A DNA stretch of 64,000 nucleotides. Source: a virus (taxonomy: Duplodnaviria; Caudoviricetes). The translations under genes were made by a program, and so were the position numbers. Under the pieces are notes generated by a model. It saw nothing but the letters and a program-made list of their open reading frames with translations, was not told the origin of the DNA and did not search any database. The number at the start of each line of letters is the position of its first letter. The stretch's first letter is position 1. Positions 43,766 through 54,400 of this stretch are shown here, one piece after another. The stretch is from positions 1 through 64,000 of the IMG/VR virus record IMGVR_UViG_3300032011_004028. One strand, written 5' to 3'.

Positions 43766-46700
43766 TAAGTGACATAGATATAATTATTGCGGCTATATGT
43801 TTCGTTTATGAAATACCTTTAATCTTATTGGATAACGCCGTGGATGTGATATGGGACTCTCTGACCATGGGGAGCCCTGCTTTGTTGGCGAATTTTTTTG
43901 GAGGAGGGTCGGTTCCCACTAATAGATCGCCGGTTACAGACCAACGAGGAGTGGTGTCCGGCAAAATTTCCTCGGACGAAAGCAAGGGGCAATTAGTAGT
44001 AGTAGATTCTGATGCAGAAGTTGTAGATTTAATAGGAGAAGGTTCTATAGAAGGCCTCGTCTCCGGGACATGGAGCTTCGAAGGAGCAAAGGGGGCCACT
44101 GGCTACACTACAACAACGCCTTGGATGGGGTCCAACGGGTTTACTCATTATATCGCGACGGGGACCCTCGTTGACTCAGACAGTGAGGAGGCCAAACAAC
44201 AGCGCAAGGACTTGGGCTTCTTGCAGTCTATATACTGGAACAACACTCCTGTAGCAGATAGAAACGGATTCTATAATTTCTCCAATATCAACGTTGAATA
44301 TACTAAGGGGCTACCAGAGGGCAATTTAGCAGCTTTAAATCCAGACCTCCCTTTTCAGGAATCGATGGATTTGACAGTTGAAAGACCTATTGGGGAAAGA
44401 TTGTACGGCCTTTCCCTCCAAGGGGGCAGTATCCCCAGCGCCACAAAAGACAGTACACCATCCCAGAGCGAATTGGCGGAAAGCGCCGCTATAGATACTG
44501 TTGCTAAAACTTATTCAATAATCAACAAAGAATGCGGCAAAGTTCAATTACGCGTGAGAGTGTCTCAGTTGTTCGAACAAATAAGAGACGATGATGCCCC
44601 TAGGAGTTATGATGAAGACGATGACATCCCAGCAGTGGGGTATGGAGACATTAAAGCTCGCTCTATTAGATACAATATTTATTACCGCCCTTTATTTGAC
44701 ACTTACTCAGACACTACCGACGGTACACCCCCAGAAATCCCTAAATGGGAATTTTACAAAACGGAAACTATACAAGGTCATGTAGATCAAGTATATGTGC
44801 GTTCTACAACTATAGACTTCCCTTCTGAATATTTTGATCAACCCGGCTTCAATGGATGGGAAATTAAAATCATCAGGACAACCCCAGAGTCTCTTACTGC
44901 TTATTTAAAAAACCAAAGCTTTGTAGATTCTATTGTAGAAATTTATGGCACTAAGCTGCGTTACCCTTATAGCAGCATGGTATACTCTAAATTTGATGCC
45001 GAATTTTTTAGCAGAATTCCTTCGCGCTCGTACGACACGAAGCTTTTAAAAGTTAAGATCCCTAACAATTACAACCCCATAAAGAAAACGTACGGCAGAA
45101 GTGATGCGCTAACCATACTAGACGCGGGATGGGGGCTAGGAGGCGGTACAATTAACTGTAAGGTTACTACTAAACTGAAAGAAGATCAATTAGTCTACTT
45201 TCAAAACGGGGCCATTATGAAAGTTGGGACCGAAACTCTCCCTACTGCTAGTACGTCTATACCCGCCGGGTCAACATGGGTAAGAGGAGGGTCACATGGA
45301 GCTCTCTATGGAAACTATCAATACCCCACTCTTGGAGACCAAGCAGCGACTACCGAAGGATACTCCGGAGGAACTGATAGCGATAATTTTTGGGATGGAG
45401 GCTTTAAGCAGATAGATCAGTGGCCCGCAGGGATGGCGGTTCCTTTTCCGACCCCTGCTCTTGTGGAAAAAGAATGGACCGATAATCCGGCGTGGTGTTT
45501 TTATGATTTATTAACTAATCCTAGATACGGTTTAGGAGACTTTTTGGAAGAATCCCAAGTGGATAAATGGGCCTTGTATGAAATTTCCCAATACTGTGAT
45601 GTTATAGTTCCTGATGGAAATGGGGGGTTAGAGCCCCGTTTTACCATGAACCATATAATCACTTCGCGCGAAGAAGCTTACAAGGTTGTCAATGACCTCT
45701 CTTCTATTTTTCGGGGAATTGTCTACTACTCTAATGGCCTCATACATGCAGTTCAAGACGCTTTCAAGCAACCCCTTTATCAATTTAACAATTCTAACGT
45801 GGTGGAGGGTAGTTTTAATTATTCCTCCTCCTCAAAGAAGTCTCGTCACAGCGTAGCAGTGGTAAGATATATAGATAAAACTAACCTATATCAACCCGCG
45901 GTAGAGTATGTAGAAGATCCAGAATCTATAAAAAGATATGGCTTACGTCAGATAGAAACTACCGCGCTGGGGTGTACTAGTCGCGGTCAAGCTCGAAGAT
46001 TTGGTCAATGGCTCCTAGCGAGCGAGTCTCAGGAGACCGAAAGTGTTTCATTTGACGTAGGTCAAGATGGAGCTTATTTGAAACCGGGCGATATAGTTCA
46101 AATATATGATCAATACCGCACCCCTTTGAAGTTTGGCGGAAGGACTAATATAGTTCAAGGAGTCGAATCTTCTCCGGCGGGACCGATAACCTACCCCGAG
46201 CCTGTAATAGTTGACGGCGAATATACTCTCGGCCCAGACCAAGGACCCGTAACGGGGAATAGTATTATAATTGATAATGCCGTAGCTTTTACCCCGGATA
46301 CTATTTATAAGTTCTCGCTTTTAACTCCTACTTACAATTATGAGTCTACGGAAATTAGCGACCTAGCCTCCACGGATGAAGTAAGAAGGTCCCAAATTCA
46401 AAATTTATATTTCGATGGAAGCCATACCCAGACGATCACAGGATCTTATGGCGATAACCTATTACGGTCCGACTATGAAGAAGGAGGAAGCGGGATTGCT
46501 ACTCAAATTTATTTCCATACCGGGCTTATGCTCACAGATGGAACCCCTATAGGAACAGGGAATCAGTTGGATTTCGACAATTATGTTATTACTGGCTACA
46601 CCAATGATTATGTCAAAGGGGACGTGGATGGAACCACAGATGTCCCCGCTTCTTATTCGGGGGGATGCTTTTCTGGAGAAAATCTAGTGTGGAGCGCTGA

Positions 46701-49700
46701 GGTAAACAACCCCACGGGAAGTGAATATATTAGTGGGCATTTTGCTAACTATCGTATTATAAACGTTGCTGAGAGTGACCAAGATAATAGCTACGGAGTA
46801 TCCGCTTTAGCCTATTCTACAGGAAAATATGACTACGTAGAGAATCGCTTAGCTTTTGAGGACGTGCAAGTAGATAAAAGACCGATTTGGCCTTATCTTC
46901 ATTATAACAGAACTATTCCACAGTCGGGTATTCAAGACTGGGCAACTATAGAGGCCGGGCACCCTAATGATAATACCGCTGGGTTTCCTGAAGCTCGGTA
47001 CGACGACTATTCAACGTTTGAAGTCACTTTCCCTCAAGCCTCCACCGCTCTCGAAGCTGGTATGGCAGCGGGCGTTAACACCCGGTATGACATACAGTCA
47101 GCAAGTAAATTTTCATTGCCCCAACGGATGAATTATCACATTTACGTAATGGAGCAGGATACATTGGGGAATGGTTTCAATGATGCTAGTCTTACAAAGA
47201 ACAGTTTTACTATCCCCATCAACGATGGCGGCGCTACTGAAAATGTAGGAGCCATCCTTCATGAAGTAACCGACGAGGAATATAATAAGAACTTTTTAAT
47301 GACCGATTCGGATAACCTTCCCCCTGAGCGGCCGGTTCTTTATTACTTAGACGGGGACCCTACAAAAAGCGCCTCCCAAAAAGGCTTTGCTATTGGGGCG
47401 ACAACAGTAGAAGATGGTAAGACACCCAAGGCGGTTCAGTTTTTCTTAGAAAAATTAATTACGAAAGACACTAATTATTGGTTTGCTATATTTGCATTCA
47501 ATAATCGAACCCGTTCCCGTGAAGCTATTGTCGGATTGATCCCTTCTACGACAGCGGTAGTCTCGAACGGTCTAATCTCCTCTAAAAGAATTAAATCTAA
47601 TCAAACTTTTTCTCTCGTTAAAGGGCTTAATATAGATGGGTTGTCGACTCAAAGCCTGATTGGTCCCTCCACTACGCGAAATGCCTTAAATGTATTAAAT
47701 TCCACTCAGCCTTCTTTTAACTGGGACCTTTCAAATATTTACGATGAAGATAACGTAGGTTTAATAGATTTTTATGACGATTACGGAAAGAGAATGGCTC
47801 TCTCAAGTACGCAGTTATACCGTATTACTATAAGAAAATATAACAAACGCTTCGAAACTAATAGCGCGGTTAATGACTGGACCCCTTCTTCCGATATATA
47901 TTTAGAAATAACGGGATATGAACAGCCAATATTTAACGCTTCTTTTGTCTTCTTACGAGACTATAACAGTCCCCATATAGTTTCCAGTCTTCATGAGAAT
48001 AGTGACGCCACCAAATATGACGCCCAAGGAAAAGCAGACGCTTCTCTCTCTCAAGAAGATACCGCATGGTATAAAGTAGATGAAAGTGGGGTTATATTCA
48101 AAAATAACCCTAATGCTTTCCCTCTAAGGCAGTTTGATGTTGTTGTAGAAGCTCATGACAGAGATGGGGCCACTAGCGCGGGCAACTTCGTTTGGAACGG
48201 AACAATTAACCCCGTGCTTACAGTGGGAGAGGAAACAACCAATACTTACCAAGAGATGAACGGGTATAACTTCTTGCCATGTTCTCTGGGAACACCTAGC
48301 GGTTTAGTGTTTGCTCAGTATGATGAAGACCCTAAGGATAGGTTGGATGATTATTCCTTCTTGACGCAAGGCCAAGCCCATACGAGAGAATACCCTTACT
48401 TGGCTCATGCAGCGGTTTATACAAATGGAGAACTTCACCTAAATTTGGATCTCTCCCAAGATCTGGCAGGCAATACTATTTTAGATCCCGCACAACTAAA
48501 GAATAGTTTTCCTGATGTAAGAGGTTTGGTTTATTATTATAGCACGGGAGACAACTCAAGTATTGACAGTGAAGTAGAAGGATTGAACGGGAAGAGTCAA
48601 ATAGTCTTCAACCCAAATAATAAGGCTCCCTTCTTTGACCTCCAGCCGGAAAACATAGCGAGCTCTTTTAATTTTGGGCGCCAAGGAAATGTTAAATATA
48701 TAAAAAGCAATGGCGATTACGGCGACTACGGAAAAAAGAATTCTCCAGCCGCGACTGAAGGTCAGCTGGCAGAAAATATAGCGGAGGAAGGGCAACCTCC
48801 GGTTTATCGCGACACAGGAAAAAATGTATTAGTTTATAGATATTTTCATCTTTTTGATAGTTCTACCGATCCCCGTAATATAATCATTAAGTTCCCTAAA
48901 ATTGCGGCAAGTAATGTACAAAATCTTTATTTGACCGTGGCTCTTTTTGATAGTCTATCTTTCTTAGAACATTTTGATGAACGGGGATTTCCTAAAACTA
49001 AAGCGTTAGATTTAAACGGCGCTGCTTCCGAGACAAGTAAAACACCAGTTCCGGGCGTAATAATAAAACCTAACGGAGATCCCGAGGTTGTAGCTCAAAC
49101 AGTTGAGACTATTCTTCTCGACGACACCCTGAATTTCTCTACCATTCCATATGACAGCCATGACGCTGCGGGCCAACCTGTTGACTGGAAGGATGAGCTT
49201 AGGAATGAAACAGTGAATCCCCCAGTAGGGTTCATGCTCCCTCCGGGATCCCCTATTTTCCTTAAAGAAAGGAGCTTACAGACCAAAGGTCAGTCGGCTC
49301 TAGCTTACAGGGCATGGTGGGATATAACCCTAGATCCGGGAGAGCAATATTTTGAAATGGATTTTGATCAGCCACTAGTAACTACAGAGGGAGACACGAC
49401 CCCATTCTACAGGGGGCCATATAAACTAAATCGAGCAGAGCTCCCTGAGAGCGAAGCTGCCATAGAGAAGATTTCTGGTCCTTTTGTGAAATATGCCGAG
49501 AGCGTCACGGCTGCCCTTAATAAAAATAAGTTTAAAGGAATATCCTCTATCGATTTTGAGGTGACACCCTCGAGTCTTCTTGAATATGGCACCCCGGGAG
49601 ACCGAAGGCATTTTCCTTTCGAGGGATACCTCACTATTAATTTTGAGACCGAGCAGGACCCGTCTAAATATACGGTGGATTTAGAATTCAAAGGAATGAC

Positions 49701-50535
49701 GGCGGCCTCCTCCCAGCAACAAGTAGTAAAAATAACAGATGGCCCCAATGAAACCAATCAAAATTCTAATTTAAGGGATTACGTCCCTAATGATTACCCC
49801 CTTGGAGACTGCCGCCTTGAAGAAAAGTCTAAAAAATATATTAAACTCTTTCTCTCCCCCTTCTATATAGGCAGCGTCTCACAAGGGGGAATGTCTGCGG
49901 AAGAAAAGGTGCAGTCAGGTGAATGGTGGTGGTGGAGAAAGTGGTGGGTGGCGAGCCCCGGGAGGGTCGATTACGGCACATATAGGAATCAGTGGAAAAG
50001 TGGTGGTTATCCTGCAAATGGCGCACGAACCAAGGTACAGTTAAGAGCGGGAGTTACCCTGAAGGCGCAGCCCTACGGAGCAAGGTACCTACAGTTTGAC
50101 TCTAGGGTTACTGCTGGTGTTACTACGAATGTGAGGTACTTTAGCACCTTCGGGTTTCAAGACTACCTGAAAAACGCCACAACCAACGAGATAATAAAAG
50201 GCTGGGTTCCTAACAATAAGACGTGGTACCCCAACTTTAATGGAGGAGGAGACGACCTTAATAACAATGGAAGATTTTACATGATGACAAACCTAAACTC
50301 TGAGGGATCCCTTGATTACATTCAAGAAGGTAAGTGGTCCATTGATACTTGGGTTACGGGTATGGAGGGCTCGGTGGAAGCAGAGGCTCTTTCTAAACAG
50401 CAGCAAAAGGTAAATACTTTTATCGCCAATGCTTACGGGAAATCCGGTTTGGCTAACTGGAACTTTTTAGGTCAACAAATCAAGATTAAAGGTGGTATAT
50501 TGCAGACGGATACTTTTGACGTCGTACCCCTTTAA
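43762..50535 (+). CDS. Lambda gpJ-like central tail fibre / host-specificity protein
   Basis: DLIGEGSIEGL, WTDNPAWCFYDLLTNPRYGLG, EPRFTMN, GCTSRGQARRFG, LKPGDIVQIYD. Confidence 0.9.
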   Translation: MISDIDIIIAAICFVYEIPLILLDNAVDVIWDSLTMGSPALLANFFGGGSVPTNRSPVTDQRGVVSGKISSDESKGQLVVVDSDAEVVDLIGEGSIEGLVSGTWSFEGAKGATGYTTTTPWMGSNGFTHYIATGTLVDSDSEEAKQQRKDLGFLQSIYWNNTPVADRNGFYNFSNINVEYTKGLPEGNLAALNPDLPFQESMDLTVERPIGERLYGLSLQGGSIPSATKDSTPSQSELAESAAIDTVAKTYSIINKECGKVQLRVRVSQLFEQIRDDDAPRSYDEDDDIPAVGYGDIKARSIRYNIYYRPLFDTYSDTTDGTPPEIPKWEFYKTETIQGHVDQVYVRSTTIDFPSEYFDQPGFNGWEIKIIRTTPESLTAYLKNQSFVDSIVEIYGTKLRYPYSSMVYSKFDAEFFSRIPSRSYDTKLLKVKIPNNYNPIKKTYGRSDALTILDAGWGLGGGTINCKVTTKLKEDQLVYFQNGAIMKVGTETLPTASTSIPAGSTWVRGGSHGALYGNYQYPTLGDQAATTEGYSGGTDSDNFWDGGFKQIDQWPAGMAVPFPTPALVEKEWTDNPAWCFYDLLTNPRYGLGDFLEESQVDKWALYEISQYCDVIVPDGNGGLEPRFTMNHIITSREEAYKVVNDLSSIFRGIVYYSNGLIHAVQDAFKQPLYQFNNSNVVEGSFNYSSSSKKSRHSVAVVRYIDKTNLYQPAVEYVEDPESIKRYGLRQIETTALGCTSRGQARRFGQWLLASESQETESVSFDVGQDGAYLKPGDIVQIYDQYRTPLKFGGRTNIVQGVESSPAGPITYPEPVIVDGEYTLGPDQGPVTGNSIIIDNAVAFTPDTIYKFSLLTPTYNYESTEISDLASTDEVRRSQIQNLYFDGSHTQTITGSYGDNLLRSDYEEGGSGIATQIYFHTGLMLTDGTPIGTGNQLDFDNYVITGYTNDYVKGDVDGTTDVPASYSGGCFSGENLVWSAEVNNPTGSEYISGHFANYRIINVAESDQDNSYGVSALAYSTGKYDYVENRLAFEDVQVDKRPIWPYLHYNRTIPQSGIQDWATIEAGHPNDNTAGFPEARYDDYSTFEVTFPQASTALEAGMAAGVNTRYDIQSASKFSLPQRMNYHIYVMEQDTLGNGFNDASLTKNSFTIPINDGGATENVGAILHEVTDEEYNKNFLMTDSDNLPPERPVLYYLDGDPTKSASQKGFAIGATTVEDGKTPKAVQFFLEKLITKDTNYWFAIFAFNNRTRSREAIVGLIPSTTAVVSNGLISSKRIKSNQTFSLVKGLNIDGLSTQSLIGPSTTRNALNVLNSTQPSFNWDLSNIYDEDNVGLIDFYDDYGKRMALSSTQLYRITIRKYNKRFETNSAVNDWTPSSDIYLEITGYEQPIFNASFVFLRDYNSPHIVSSLHENSDATKYDAQGKADASLSQEDTAWYKVDESGVIFKNNPNAFPLRQFDVVVEAHDRDGATSAGNFVWNGTINPVLTVGEETTNTYQEMNGYNFLPCSLGTPSGLVFAQYDEDPKDRLDDYSFLTQGQAHTREYPYLAHAAVYTNGELHLNLDLSQDLAGNTILDPAQLKNSFPDVRGLVYYYSTGDNSSIDSEVEGLNGKSQIVFNPNNKAPFFDLQPENIASSFNFGRQGNVKYIKSNGDYGDYGKKNSPAATEGQLAENIAEEGQPPVYRDTGKNVLVYRYFHLFDSSTDPRNIIIKFPKIAASNVQNLYLTVALFDSLSFLEHFDERGFPKTKALDLNGAASETSKTPVPGVIIKPNGDPEVVAQTVETILLDDTLNFSTIPYDSHDAAGQPVDWKDELRNETVNPPVGFMLPPGSPIFLKERSLQTKGQSALAYRAWWDITLDPGEQYFEMDFDQPLVTTEGDTTPFYRGPYKLNRAELPESEAAIEKISGPFVKYAESVTAALNKNKFKGISSIDFEVTPSSLLEYGTPGDRRHFPFEGYLTINFETEQDPSKYTVDLEFKGMTAASSQQQVVKITDGPNETNQNSNLRDYVPNDYPLGDCRLEEKSKKYIKLFLSPFYIGSVSQGGMSAEEKVQSGEWWWWRKWWVASPGRVDYGTYRNQWKSGGYPANGARTKVQLRAGVTLKAQPYGARYLQFDSRVTAGVTTNVRYFSTFGFQDYLKNATTNEIIKGWVPNNKTWYPNFNGGGDDLNNNGRFYMMTNLNSEGSLDYIQEGKWSIDTWVTGMEGSVEAEALSKQQQKVNTFIANAYGKSGLANWNFLGQQIKIKGGILQTDTFDVVPL

Positions 50536-50550
50536 AATTATAATTAATTG

Positions 50551-51417
50551 ATGGAATCGGCAGCTTTCTCAGCAAGTATAAAAAAAGATAGCAAGAATCT
50601 ATATCTTTCTACTAATTATTTAGTTTCCACTCCTAACGGGACTTACGTTAAAGTTGGTAAAAATGAAATATTTTATCAGGTAGAATCCTCCCGTACCCTT
50701 CAACTAAAGAAGAAGTTCGTATGCCATGGGGATTATATCACAATAAAAGGAGATTATACCTCCCAGATAAGCCGAGGAGACTCTGCTAAGCTTTATTTCG
50801 CCGAAAAAGAGGCAGTTTCCATAGGTGAAGTAGTTAAAGGAGCGCCTAAAAGAGCTTTTGGAGAAATTTTTGCTGCTCAAGGTGGTCATCAATCTAGTTC
50901 TCGGGATAACCTTACAGGCTTTCCCGCTTCTATTAGGATAGGGTCGGTAGATAAAAAAGGCTTTCCTCAGGAATGCTTCATAAACGAGGGAGGTCGTTAT
51001 CTTACGCCGCCTTCTAATCCTGTGGAAGTTACCCATGAAGATGGCACTACCCTTGAATTAAATATTGAATTTGATGACGCATCAGAGACTTCGGTATTTG
51101 AAAGGGATTTTCAACACGTTGAGTTCCGTGGTGGACTAACAAAACTCCACATGAGCTACCCTTTTCCTACGGATATACAAGAGGGAGAGATGATCCTTTC
51201 TAAAACAGTTTTCTCTTTATCCCAACCTTATTCCGCTGAAGGTGTTGATAACGTACCTTGCCAGACTAGCTCCGACTTTTCCCCTATTAATAAAATCCCC
51301 CTCATGCCGCCTAGCTGCATAGCTCCCCATTCGATATATAATAAAGCGATGGAAACTATTGATATAAGGCTCATGGAGCTTGAGCGGGAAATAACCCGCT
51401 TAAAAGCAAAGAATTAA
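50551..51417 (+). CDS. Hypothetical tail-associated protein with C-terminal coiled coil
   Basis: Follows J; ends METIDIRLMELEREITRLK. Confidence 0.55.
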   Translation: MESAAFSASIKKDSKNLYLSTNYLVSTPNGTYVKVGKNEIFYQVESSRTLQLKKKFVCHGDYITIKGDYTSQISRGDSAKLYFAEKEAVSIGEVVKGAPKRAFGEIFAAQGGHQSSSRDNLTGFPASIRIGSVDKKGFPQECFINEGGRYLTPPSNPVEVTHEDGTTLELNIEFDDASETSVFERDFQHVEFRGGLTKLHMSYPFPTDIQEGEMILSKTVFSLSQPYSAEGVDNVPCQTSSDFSPINKIPLMPPSCIAPHSIYNKAMETIDIRLMELEREITRLKAKN

Positions 51418-54400
51418 ACTGACCCAAACTTGGTAGTATTTTGGAGAAGCCCCCCGGGTCGCTGCTGCTTTATAATTTCCTGAACGACGACAGTCTGTAA
51501 AGCGGCACCCAGTTGTTTGTTTTTCTCAGCCTCTTTCACTGACCCCTCGGAAGATGCATTGCTACTGTCCTGAGAGGCATCTACGCTAGCATTTCCTCGT
51601 TTATCAACATTGACGTTGATGCTAACGTTATTGTTAATGCCAGCTCCTACTGTACCTGCCGAACCAACATACCCTCCATTGGCGTAACCGGGAACATTAC
51701 CACGATTGAGCTCGTTCATAAAACCCAATCCGTGAGTACGGACGGTATCAGGACTCATTACGTATTCACCACCCATTAACATAGCTGGAGAACGTTTAGC
51801 CGATCCACCTTGCGCCATATCAGGTAAGCCGCTATCGTTTATACCCACTCCCGCATCCAAATAATCACGAGCGCTCATGCCGCCCCGTTGTGAAGCGCTC
51901 AAGGCATTAAAGTTTTTCCTGCCTCCTCCGCTTACACTGGCACCCGTTAATTCGGATGTCAGTGGTCCGGTTTTCCCCATCATATAACTTCCGCCGATTA
52001 ACATGGCTGCATTAGCGTAGGCGCTTATGAGCCTTCCCCTTTTTTTAGCCTCATGAGCTCTCACTACTTCTTTGCGACGACGAGTCTCATCAGTTAAATA
52101 GTCCTGATAACCCCCCATAGCCTCTTCCCTACTAAACATTCTAGCGGTTTGAGGGTCATCGGCTCCTAACCTTCCTGCTAATGATAAACCGCTACTTACA
52201 TCGTAGGCACCTTCAGTGGGGCGAGACCTCTCACTTACCAAACGTCCAGTCGCGGGATCTCTACGGTAAAAATTGAACCCCTTACTCAAGGAAATAGCAG
52301 CGCTCTGAGATGAACCACCCGCAAAGCTAGCCCCTGTAGCGTTAACATCCGGCCCTCCGTAATAACCGTAAGCCCCTCGACCATGACCGTAATCCTGCCC
52401 CCTCCAAGGGGAGGCCTGCTTTTGATTACTTTGATTAATTAATCCTGACACAGCGCTTGCTCCAGCCGAAACCGCAAACATCCCCCCCATACTGTACCCC
52501 GGCGCTCCACCATTAATTGCATTTAAAGCACTATAGCCAATCTTTTGAGCTGCAGATTTTTTAATAACAAACTCCCCGCCATTCATCATGGCTGGAACAT
52601 CATCTTTGTAACCAGAACCACCAGTTACTATCCCCCCTCTATTATACCCCGGAACCGAACCCCCCCGTGAAAAACCCATTTGAGAGAACAGCATGTTAGT
52701 TCCGATACGTGCTGTGATGTCTGAAATTGTATTTAATATACTATCGGCAAACTGAGCTATTGCGCTACGGGCATCTGTAGCTCCGCTTGTTATACTCTTA
52801 AACGCGTCGGCAAAAGAAGACTTCATGGATGCAGCGGCATCGGCTCCTCCTGACTTTAAATCATCGAATAAAGCGTAGTCGTCATAAGTCATTCCACCAC
52901 GGAAACCTCGGCCAAAAGCGCCCCCTATATCACTCTGGTTAATGCCTTCTGTACGCATTCTATTTCTTTGCGTGATATCTTGTTGCGACAAAACATCAGC
53001 AGCACTCATTTTCCCGGCCGCTCTAAGATCCTCGTAATATACTAGTTTCTTCTGGTCTACTATTTGCTTAGTTATGGCGAGCTCATTAGCTTTATCTTTA
53101 TTGAACTGGCGAGAGATTTCAAGCATCTTCTTATCAATAGCATTCTGTTTTTCTGCTAAAGTTTTTGCGTTGCTATTCTGTATACCGAGCTCTTTCATTT
53201 TTTGATCGAGCTCCTCGCTTCTTGTGAGCAGCTTATCTAAAACTTTTGGTCCAAATTCTTTTACTATCTGCTCTTCAATAGTGAGGGTACCTTTTTTTCT
53301 CTCTTTTTCTTGAACAGCTAAAATTCTCTCTTGCAATGCGTCAGTACCACCTCGGCCCAAACTTTGGAAAGTGCTACGAGCGATATCTATATTAGGAACG
53401 TCTACACCGCCGCCGAATGGCAGACCGAAGGCACCCTTAGGTAAAGCCCTTCCGGTCTTAGGGTCGAAAGCTGTCCCTGTGCGACCCCAAGTCCCTTTGT
53501 CGAATTTTGAGGCAAAAGTTTCAAATTCTTTAGCAAATCCTGCCACATCAGAGGCCATTTGAGAGTCAAAAGTCTCTCTGGCCACGCGGCTCGCATTTTC
53601 AAAATTCTTAGCAGCTTCGTTAAGGGATTGCGCTAGCTTTGCGTCGGCTACCCCGAAAGTATCCTTAGTAGCTTTCGCTAAAGCCATGTCATAATTATTT
53701 TGAACTTTTCTTAATTCAGTACTTTGTTTTATTTCAAGTTGAGTTTCTTTAACTCGATTTTTACTGGCTACTGAAGCTTGCCTGAGCCCCTCAACAAAAG
53801 ACCGAGTCTCTCTAGCTCCGATTCTTGCGGCTGCCTTCTGCTCTTCTGGGGCTAGTTTGGATGCTGATTCTGCGAGTCCTATATCTTGTTTTATGGATTG
53901 CGGGCTAAATTGACTAGCAAAGGGCTTAGCCTTCCTACCCTTAACGTCAGTGGAAATCCAGCCACTACCCGCTCCCGGGATGCCCCTTCCTGACAGCATG
54001 TTTATAAAAGCTATCCTAGCTTCCGGTGTATTTACAGTTTTCTTAAAAGCGGTGCGCGCGTCCGAAGCTATACCAGCTACGTCCATAGCTTTATCCATTC
54101 TCTTTTCAAAACCTCCTCCGGCAGCCATCAGCGGACTGGATCTAAATATATCATAATTTCGACCCCCAGATGGGCCTAACCTCGAGGTTTGGGCGGTCAA
54201 CCCCTGAATAATGCTTAACGCTTCTGGGTTATTCCTTAAGACGGTTCCTATGTCCCCTTTCTGATCCAGAGCCTTTGTTCCCATAAACTTACTATAAAAA
54301 TCCGGAGTGGCACGAGCGGCTCTAGCTTTTCGCGCTGAACCAATCTCCCTTTGAAATTCCTCCATCATACCCTCGCCAGCAAGGTGCTTTAGCACCGGAA

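Noticed and set aside
43762-50535. Diversity-generating retroelement target in gpJ
   Set aside because: No reverse transcriptase and no adenine-variant TR/VR repeat pair seen in the window.
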